From Acidimicrobiia bacterium (lineage in GTDB: Bacteria; Actinomycetota; Acidimicrobiia; Spongiisociales; ZC4RG35): 64,000 bases of DNA. How positions within the stretch are numbered: position 1 is the first letter of the stretch; each line of letters opens with the position of its first letter. The notes beneath the pieces are model-generated. The model saw nothing but the letters and a program-made list of their open reading frames with translations, ran no database searches and was not told the origin of the DNA. Location: NCBI GenBank assembly GCA_044867525.1, contig JBIOVB010000024.1, positions 2,472 through 66,471 on the forward strand, read 5' to 3'. Below, in pieces: positions 57,595 to 64,000 of the stretch. The position numbers were made by a program, and so were the translations under genes.

Positions 57595-58929
57595 ATGGCT
57601 GTTGAGAGTCTGTCGAGGGCAAAGTCGGCCGGCAATTATTACGACGTAGTCGTCGTTGGCTCCGGTGCGGCCGGCTCGCCCGCGGCGATCGCCGCTGCCC
57701 GCTCCGGTGCCCGCACCCTTCTCGTCGAGAAGCTGCCCTTCCTCGGAGGAAACTCCACTGCGGTGCTCGACACCTTTTACGGGTTCTACACCCCGGGCGA
57801 GCGGGCCCGCAAAGTGGTCGGGGGCATCGGCGACGACGTGATAGCCGGATTGCGCCGGTTGGGCCGGGTGTTGGAGCGGCCCAACACCTACGGCGCCGGG
57901 ACCGGCGTCACCTACCTGGCCGAGCACCTCAAGGTGGTGTGGGAGGAGCTGGTCACCGATGCCGGGGCCTCAGTACTCCTCCATGGATTCCTGCAGGACG
58001 TGGCGGTCAATGACGGCCGCGTCTCCTCGGTGACGGTGGCCACCAAGGCCGGTCTCCGTGAGATATCGGGAGCAGTGTTCGTCGACGCCTCCGGGGACGC
58101 CGACCTGTGCCACCACGCCGGTTTCGAGTATGAGATCGCCGGTGATCTGGATCCCGCCCAGACCCTGACCACCACCTTCCGCATGGTCAACGTCGACCAG
58201 GGAAGGCGTCGTTCGATCGACAAGGCCGGACTTCATGCCCTCATGGAAGAGGCCGTCCAATCCGGCGAATACGACCTGCCCCGAAGGGAGGGCAGCGATC
58301 ACGTCACCCCGATCGACGGGGTGACGGCAACCATCATGACAAGGGTCGAGCACGTCGAAGAGCGGGATGGCTTGGTCGTCAATGCCAGCGACCCCGAGAT
58401 CCTGACCCGGGTTGAGATGGAGGGCCGTCGTCAAGCTCTGGAATACGTCAGATTCCTCGTCGACCGGGTGCCCGGCTACGAGCACGCCTCACTCGTCGCC
58501 CTTGGCACCCAGATCGGCCTGCGGGAGACGAGAAGGGTCTACGGCGACTATCGAGTCACCCGTGACGACGTCATCGATGCCCGTCAGTTCGACGATCAGA
58601 TCGGGCTCTGCGGAGCTCCCATCGAGGACCACCATCCCGGGACCGGGACCCGATGGGAGTACCTCCCCGACGGCGCCGCGGTGGGGATCCCCTATTCGAG
58701 CCTGGTGGTGCGTGATGCGACCAACGTCCTCGCTGCCGGGCGATGCTTCTCGGCCACCCATGACGCCCAGGCCTCCATCAGATCGATGGCCCAGTGCATG
58801 GCCATGGGACAGGCGGCGGGCAAGGCGGCGGCGATTGCTGTGGAATCCGGGGGCGAGACAAGAGGGGTTGACATCACCGCCCTTCAGTCTGCACTCCGCG
58901 ATGCGGGCGCGATACTCGAGCTGAGCTGA
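57595..58929 (+). CDS. FAD-dependent oxidoreductase (FAD_oxidored-type)
   Basis: YDVVVVGSGAAGSPAAIAAARSGARTLLVEKLPFLGGNST. Confidence 0.8.
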   Translation: MAVESLSRAKSAGNYYDVVVVGSGAAGSPAAIAAARSGARTLLVEKLPFLGGNSTAVLDTFYGFYTPGERARKVVGGIGDDVIAGLRRLGRVLERPNTYGAGTGVTYLAEHLKVVWEELVTDAGASVLLHGFLQDVAVNDGRVSSVTVATKAGLREISGAVFVDASGDADLCHHAGFEYEIAGDLDPAQTLTTTFRMVNVDQGRRRSIDKAGLHALMEEAVQSGEYDLPRREGSDHVTPIDGVTATIMTRVEHVEERDGLVVNASDPEILTRVEMEGRRQALEYVRFLVDRVPGYEHASLVALGTQIGLRETRRVYGDYRVTRDDVIDARQFDDQIGLCGAPIEDHHPGTGTRWEYLPDGAAVGIPYSSLVVRDATNVLAAGRCFSATHDAQASIRSMAQCMAMGQAAGKAAAIAVESGGETRGVDITALQSALRDAGAILELS

Positions 58930-58981
58930 TGTCTGCTCGCTCCACTCGTCACGACCGGCTCGCGTCCTACCTGACCTCCTG

Positions 58982-59890
58982 ATGAGCGGTCAGGTGCGCA
59001 CCGTGCTCGGCGACGTCGACCCGGAGTCACTGGGGGTGACACTCGCCCATGAGCATCTGATCATCGACAGCCAACTGGTGGCAGAGGAATGGCCGCACAT
59101 CCACCTGCCATCGGTGGAGGAGGCGGTGGCCGAGGCCACCCTGTGCCACGGGTCGGGGGTTGGCGCCATGGTCGATGCCATGCCAATCGGCTCTGGTGGT
59201 GATCCGCTGGCGCTCCGCGATATTGCCCGGTTGAGCGGAGTGGCGGTCATCGCATCGACAGGCATGCACACCCTCAAGTACTACCGGGATGTCTCCTGGG
59301 CTCATGACGACCCGGTCGACGATCTGGCGAACCGGTTCGTCACTTCGATCCTGGTCGGGGTCGATCGGGTCCGTGCCGGCGTGCTCAAGGTGGCAACGGC
59401 GGGTGATTATCCGGATTCCCGGGAGCGAGAGATATTCGAGGCGGCTGCCATCGCCCATTCCGCTACCGGCGTCCCCGTGCTCACCCATTGCCAGGAGGGG
59501 AGAGGCGGCGCAGAGCAGATCGAGCTGCTCGTCGAGATGGGAGTCGGTCCCGATCGCATTGCAATGTCGCACACCGACAAGGTCGCCGATCCCGGATACC
59601 ACCGGGATCTGCTCGATTCGGGGGCGTTTCTCTGTTATGACCAGGGGCTGCGATCACCGGAGCAGACCGTGGAGCTGGTCGCCGCGATGTTCGATGCCGG
59701 CATGGGGGACCGTCTTCTGATCGGCACCGACGGGGCGCGGCGATCGCTGTGGTCGACCTTGGGTGGCGCCCCCGGCCTGGCGTGGATCCACACCGGCTTT
59801 CTGGATCTGCTTTCACGTCGAGGCCTGGCTCCTGGCGACCTGGACCGATTGTTCATCACCAATCCCGCTCGCTGGCTCGCTCTCGCCTAA
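58982..59890 (+). CDS. Phosphotriesterase-related (PTE/Php family) amidohydrolase-fold protein
   Basis: TVLGDVDPESLGVTLAHEHLIID, HTD and GTDG motifs. Confidence 0.8.
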   Translation: MSGQVRTVLGDVDPESLGVTLAHEHLIIDSQLVAEEWPHIHLPSVEEAVAEATLCHGSGVGAMVDAMPIGSGGDPLALRDIARLSGVAVIASTGMHTLKYYRDVSWAHDDPVDDLANRFVTSILVGVDRVRAGVLKVATAGDYPDSREREIFEAAAIAHSATGVPVLTHCQEGRGGAEQIELLVEMGVGPDRIAMSHTDKVADPGYHRDLLDSGAFLCYDQGLRSPEQTVELVAAMFDAGMGDRLLIGTDGARRSLWSTLGGAPGLAWIHTGFLDLLSRRGLAPGDLDRLFITNPARWLALA

Positions 59891-60564
59891 CGCGCGCCGG
59901 TCGCTGCCTGATCGGCCAGGACCCGGATGTTGCCGTGGTCACGGAGGAGCGACGCCGGCAGGTGCGGCCCGATCTCACCGCTCAGCGTTGCCGCCAGCAC
60001 CGACGCCTTGTGCTCGCCGGTCACCACCAGCCAAATCTCACCGGCCTCCATCAACTCAGCCATCCCAACGGTGATCCCCCATGTGGGTAAGGCCGTGGCG
60101 CCATATCCAAGGGCGCCAGTTGCGGTCTCCTTGGCGAGATCGACGACCCTGGTCCGCTGGGTGGCTGTGGAGCCGGGCTCGTTCATCCCAACGTGCCCAT
60201 TGGCCCCTAGGCCGACCAGGCACAGGTCGAATCCGCCACTGCTTATCCGGTCCCGGTACGCGACGGCCGCGGCCTCCGGATCGGGCGAATCGACATCCGG
60301 GAAATCGAACGGGATCCCGGGCAGGTCCGCGCGCAACATCGCAGCGCATCGGGCAGGGTCGTCCGGAGCCAGGCCGCCGAACTCGTCGAGGAGGAACAGC
60401 TGAGCAGGGGCAACGGACCCGATCCGTTGGTAGACGGGCCTGGTCGTCCTTCCCGTCGCCAGGCAGACCCTGGCTTCAGGCTTGCGCGTCAGGTAGTCAC
60501 TCAGGTCGGCCGCCACCCGACCCGGCCACGACTGATCGGGATGGACCACGACCTCCAGGCTCAA
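59887..60564 (-). CDS. Glucosamine-6-phosphate deaminase / 6-phosphogluconolactonase family protein
   Basis: TTG at 60564 overlaps the upstream stop (TTGA). LATGRT and [15 protein letters not shown] motifs. Confidence 0.8.
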   Translation of the reverse strand: MSLEVVVHPDQSWPGRVAADLSDYLTRKPEARVCLATGRTTRPVYQRIGSVAPAQLFLLDEFGGLAPDDPARCAAMLRADLPGIPFDFPDVDSPDPEAAAVAYRDRISSGGFDLCLVGLGANGHVGMNEPGSTATQRTRVVDLAKETATGALGYGATALPTWGITVGMAELMEAGEIWLVVTGEHKASVLAATLSGEIGPHLPASLLRDHGNIRVLADQAATGAR

Positions 60565-61757
60565 CCCGGGGTGACGATGTCGAACACCTCGCCGGTCTCC
60601 CTGTTGCTGAGGATGAGCTTGCGTCGCCCATCGGGAAGCATTTCGTCCTTGACGATCGCATGCCCGTCGTGAGTGGCGACCTTCTTGCTCAGTCGAGGGG
60701 TGGCGCCGCCGCGCCATTCCATGTCTACCGGCTCCCATGCCCGGGTCTCCGCCGACTTGTAGGCGGCATCCATGATGGCGTTCACCACGTATCCGTCGTA
60801 GATCGTCTCTCGTGGCGCTGTGCCCGCCTCGATCGAATCGAACATGTCGGCGAACATCGCGGTGTAGCCGAGCTCGCTGACTTCGTCGCCCACCGGGAAC
60901 AGCCATCCCTCGGAGGATTCGAGCTTTTCTGCGACATAGCCCTCGCCACCGCCCGAGGTGTACATCTCAAAGCCGGTCCGCAGGAAATGGTTGAGCCAAA
61001 TCGTTCCCTCGGTCCCGGCAACCTCGTCCCTGAGGTCCATACCCCCGCGGAACGACCAGCTCACTTCGAACTGCCCGAGCGCCCCCGACTCGAATCTGAT
61101 GAGGACCACGGCATTGTCCTCGGCTTCGATGGGGTGGACCAGGGTGTCCGCCCAGGCCATGACTTCGACCGGCCGGTTGCCCTTGCCCACGAAGCAGCGA
61201 ATTATCTCGATGCAGTGGCACCCGAGGTCGACGATGGCGCCGCCACCCGCCTGCCCCTTGTCCCAGAACCAGGCGCTGTGGGGCCCGGGATGGGTCTCCC
61301 GGGAGCGAACCCAGGTAACGTCGCCGATCGCCCCGCCGGCCACCGAGCCGATCGCCTTGGTGGTCTTCGGTGTGTAGACCAGGTCCTCCAAGTACCCCCC
61401 GAACACTCCTGCTGATTCGATCTTGTCCAGGATCCTCTTTGCCTCGGCCGTGTCCCTTGCCAGCGGCTTGGTGATCAGCACGGCCTTGCCCGCGTCCGCG
61501 GCGAGTGCGACCGCCTCCTCATGCAGGAAGTTGGGGAGGCCGACCACGACAACATCGGTATCCGGGTGGTTGACGGCTTCCTCGACCGACGTCGTGTGCC
61601 CGGCGATTCCCCAACGATCGGAGAACGCCTTCCCTCGCTCTTCCGACCTGGAGTAGACGACTTCGACCTGGTCCCGGCTCCGGGGGCTGTGGAGCGTCAT
61701 CGTGTAGAAGTCCCCAATGAGCCCGGTGCCGAGCATCGTGACCTTGTGGCCCTGCAA
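60561..61757 (-). CDS. Gfo/Idh/MocA-family oxidoreductase
   Basis: TTG at 61757 after [18 protein letters not shown] Rossmann motif. LITKPLA variant of the EKP motif. Confidence 0.82.
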   Translation of the reverse strand: MQGHKVTMLGTGLIGDFYTMTLHSPRSRDQVEVVYSRSEERGKAFSDRWGIAGHTTSVEEAVNHPDTDVVVVGLPNFLHEEAVALAADAGKAVLITKPLARDTAEAKRILDKIESAGVFGGYLEDLVYTPKTTKAIGSVAGGAIGDVTWVRSRETHPGPHSAWFWDKGQAGGGAIVDLGCHCIEIIRCFVGKGNRPVEVMAWADTLVHPIEAEDNAVVLIRFESGALGQFEVSWSFRGGMDLRDEVAGTEGTIWLNHFLRTGFEMYTSGGGEGYVAEKLESSEGWLFPVGDEVSELGYTAMFADMFDSIEAGTAPRETIYDGYVVNAIMDAAYKSAETRAWEPVDMEWRGGATPRLSKKVATHDGHAIVKDEMLPDGRRKLILSNRETGEVFDIVTPG

Positions 61758-61819
61758 TTCCGACCTCCTCGCCGGTTGTCCAGGCAAATTAACCGGTCGG
61801 AAGAGACCCCAACCCCGGG

Positions 61820-62599
61820 TCAGACACAGAAGCCGTCCCCATCCACACCCCGCGCGCAGATCGGAGTCGACTCCACCGAGTCCAAGGTGAACCCATTGCC
61901 GGTGCTTCGCCCGAAGACGTGAGCCCGTGCCCCTCGCACGGAGTCGTCTTCGAGCCCGAGCAGATCAATCGTGATCTCCCCGGGATCGCCCTGGGTGGGG
62001 TACGAGCTGACCACGACATCGGCCCGGTCATAGCCAGATGCTTCGGCGACGGTCATCCCCAATTCGAGCATGTCGGCGGCGGTCAACCCGTCCACGAAGT
62101 CTGCCGTCATGTCCGTGGTCTCTCCCAGGTAACCGGTGTATCGGAGGTTGACCCAGCCCTCGGTCCCGTCATAGTCGACGGCGATCCAGAGCGAACGGGG
62201 AAGCCCCCGGGTCTGGCCCAAGGCAATCAGCTCGTCGAACAGCGGTGGGATGCCGGCAAGGACCGGCTGGTCGGCGCCGGGTGCAGCCCTCAGATTGAGG
62301 ACGTCGTCGTAGGCAACTCCGACGACTGCGAGGGTCTCACCGGCGCCCGGGCCGAAGGTGACCGGCTCGCCAGGAAGACCCGAAGTTCCGGCGCTGGTGG
62401 TGCTGGTCGGGGGAATCGTGGTCGTTGCCGGCACCGAGGTCGTTGTGGTGGTCTCCGCCGGTAGTGTTGTTGTGCTCGTCGTCTCGGTCGTCGGGGTCAC
62501 CAGGGACGACGAAGTCGACGGGGCGCCGATCTCGGCTCCACAGGCACCGAGCAGCGCTACCCCGAGGAAAGGAGCGATCCAGCCCGGTCGTGGTCGCAC
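61820..62599 (-). CDS. Secreted lipoprotein with Thr-rich linker and SH3-like C-terminal region, hypothetical
   Basis: Lipobox LLGAC. About 55 aa of T/S/P-rich linker. Confidence 0.7.
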   Translation of the reverse strand: MRPRPGWIAPFLGVALLGACGAEIGAPSTSSSLVTPTTETTSTTTLPAETTTTTSVPATTTIPPTSTTSAGTSGLPGEPVTFGPGAGETLAVVGVAYDDVLNLRAAPGADQPVLAGIPPLFDELIALGQTRGLPRSLWIAVDYDGTEGWVNLRYTGYLGETTDMTADFVDGLTAADMLELGMTVAEASGYDRADVVVSSYPTQGDPGEITIDLLGLEDDSVRGARAHVFGRSTGNGFTLDSVESTPICARGVDGDGFCV

Positions 62600-62637
62600 G
62601 TGAACTCCATTTCGATGTCGGCGAAGAAACGAACCAC

Positions 62638-63438
62638 CTACCCGGACGGTTCCGACTCGGGTGTCGTCGGGGGTTCTTGGATCAGGGCGCTCAGGGCCTG
62701 TATCACTTCATCCCGGTCGATGTGCTCGGCGTTCCATCTCGCCACAGCGTCGAGGGCCTCGGCCACCGTCAACCTCTGATTGGCCGCGAGGACCCTCTTC
62801 ACCCCCTGGACGGCTGACGGGGCGTTGTCTGCGATCCGTCCCGCAAGCTCGATTGCTGCGGTCTGGGTTGCAGCGGCGTCCGGCAGCACCCGATTCACGA
62901 GTCCGATCTGATGGGCTGTGGCCGCGTCGATGTCCGATCCGGTGAAAGCCAATTCGGCGGTCTGCCCCGATCCCACGATCGCAGGAAGCCGCTGCAGGGT
63001 GCCGACGTCGGCAACGATGGCGAGCCGTGTCTCCCTGATCGAGAACACCGCATCCGAGGCTGCATAGCGGACGTCACAAGCCGTGATCAGCCCCATCCCA
63101 CCGCCGAGGCAATGGCCGTGCACTGCGGCGATTACCGGTTTCGGGGAGTCAGCCAGGCAGGTCGAAGTCTCCTGGAGCCCGCGGATCTGTTGATAGCGGG
63201 AAGGCCCGGGCTCCTCCAGGGTGGCGAGGACGGCGAAGTCGATTCCCACCGTGAACGATCGCCCTCGGCCGGCGAGAACAACCGCCCGCACCGAGTCTTC
63301 GGCGTCGATCTCTGCCATGGCCCGGGGCAGGTCGGCCCACATGTCTGCAGAGAGTGCGTTGAGCTTCTCCGGCCGGTTGAGCCAGACCGTTGCCACCGCC
63401 CCTGATCGTTCGATCTCGAGGTGGTCGAATGTGGTCAT
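62638..63438 (-). CDS. Enoyl-CoA hydratase/isomerase (crotonase) family protein
   Basis: AAVHGHCLGGGMGLITACDVRYAS oxyanion-hole region. Confidence 0.88.
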   Translation of the reverse strand: MTTFDHLEIERSGAVATVWLNRPEKLNALSADMWADLPRAMAEIDAEDSVRAVVLAGRGRSFTVGIDFAVLATLEEPGPSRYQQIRGLQETSTCLADSPKPVIAAVHGHCLGGGMGLITACDVRYAASDAVFSIRETRLAIVADVGTLQRLPAIVGSGQTAELAFTGSDIDAATAHQIGLVNRVLPDAAATQTAAIELAGRIADNAPSAVQGVKRVLAANQRLTVAEALDAVARWNAEHIDRDEVIQALSALIQEPPTTPESEPSG

Positions 63439-64000
63439 TCCGCCGCGGAGCGCCAGGCTTCCCTGATCTTGACCCGCCCCCCGTAGCGGAGGAGGCCACC
63501 GGCGTAGATCCGCCCGGTGACCAGCACCAACCCGACGATCGAGGCGCTGGTGATGACCAACGCGGCTGCGTACTGCCAGGGCGGGATGGCGTCGAGGGCG
63601 GCCCGGACCGGGACCACGAATGGGGCGGTCAGCGGGATGAAGGTGCCGATCACGGCTGCGGTACCGTCGGGGTCGCCGAGGGTGGTGATGGCGACGAAGA
63701 AGCCGACCACTGCGGTCAAGGACATGGGGAATGCGACATTCTGGGCATCCTCCATCCGGCTCACCAGCGAGCCGGCGGCGCCAAAGAGGACCCCGAAGAC
63801 GAGAAAGCCGAGGATGAACCAGACCACGAGGTTCACCACCGACCAGGCGTTCAGCGTTGGGATCTCGTAGATACCGGTGAGGCGGACCGTGAGCAGGGCG
63901 ACCACGATGGTTCCAGCGAACTGGCTGATACCGAGGAGCCCGATGCCCAGGATCTTCCCCGCCAGCAACTGCCAGGGTTTGATCGTGGAGAGGAGGACCT
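63435..64000 (-). CDS. ABC-2-type transporter permease; 5' end outside the window
   Basis: Frame is open to the window edge (…TIKPWQLLAGKILGIGLLG). Multiple TM segments. Stop overlaps the crotonase start (ATGA). Confidence 0.75.
   Translation of the reverse strand, partial: VLLSTIKPWQLLAGKILGIGLLGISQFAGTIVVALLTVRLTGIYEIPTLNAWSVVNLVVWFILGFLVFGVLFGAAGSLVSRMEDAQNVAFPMSLTAVVGFFVAITTLGDPDGTAAVIGTFIPLTAPFVVPVRAALDAIPPWQYAAALVITSASIVGLVLVTGRIYAGGLLRYGGRVKIREAWRSAAE

Noticed and set aside
60081-61415. 444-aa plus-strand ORF
   Set aside because: It is antisense to the NagB-like and Gfo/Idh/MocA genes and has a Pro/Arg-rich low-complexity translation.
62380-62520. Low-complexity GT/GGT-rich DNA that looks like a tandem repeat
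   Set aside because: It is the coding sequence (minus strand) of the Thr/Ser/Pro-rich linker of the lipoprotein. There is no exact repeat unit.

Overview
GC-rich window with strong GC3 bias, typical of an Actinomycetota-type chromosome. It is densely packed with about 65 protein genes, many joined by 4-nt start/stop overlaps (ATGA, GTGA, TTGA), plus one tRNA-Arg(ACG). I found no rRNA, CRISPR array, transposase or integrase. Left to right: an HK/OmpR-type two-component pair; a block of small redox, detoxification and regulator genes (SnoaL-like, LuxR, peroxiredoxin-like, HAD, and PadR with a cupin and an FAD monooxygenase); an unusual ChrB-domain/MFS cluster; and a scar region around the tRNA-Arg. 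The scar holds a truncated amidase, lower-GC DNA, a 32-bp perfect direct repeat of the tRNA 3' half 1.6 kb downstream, and a 10-bp-phased GTGGAC hexamer array. Next come miscellaneous genes (alpha/beta hydrolase, F420-type nitroreductase, an AlkZ/YcaQ-like glycosylase, GNAT). An ammonium transporter follows, preceded by a pseudo-receiver OmpR-type regulator and flanked by two paralogous secreted proteins that carry Cys-containing SLH-like repeats. A long minus-strand array then runs through hppA, a UbiE-like/UbiA-like pair, a cupredoxin plus orphan HK, an S9 peptidase, an HDAC-family amidohydrolase and a class-III aminotransferase, facing a DmpA-type peptidase. The locus I consider most novel-looking is a three-gene signalling operon: a UBP-type zinc finger, then a receiver fused to glutaredoxin-like and thioredoxin-reductase-like domains that lack every redox cysteine, then a cNMP-binding histidine kinase. 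After it come fabH, a NarL-type two-component system and a CrtI-like/SDR pair. Finally there is a roughly 15-kb sugar or amino-sugar utilisation locus (deoC, ROK kinase, HutC-type GntR, SIS, ROK regulator, ABC transporter, two Gfo/Idh/MocA enzymes, a TIM-barrel isomerase, an FAD oxidoreductase, a PTE-like hydrolase, a NagB-like protein). This locus has two GT-N-TA-N-AC operator-like palindromes. All family assignments come from motifs read in the supplied translations. No database search was run.
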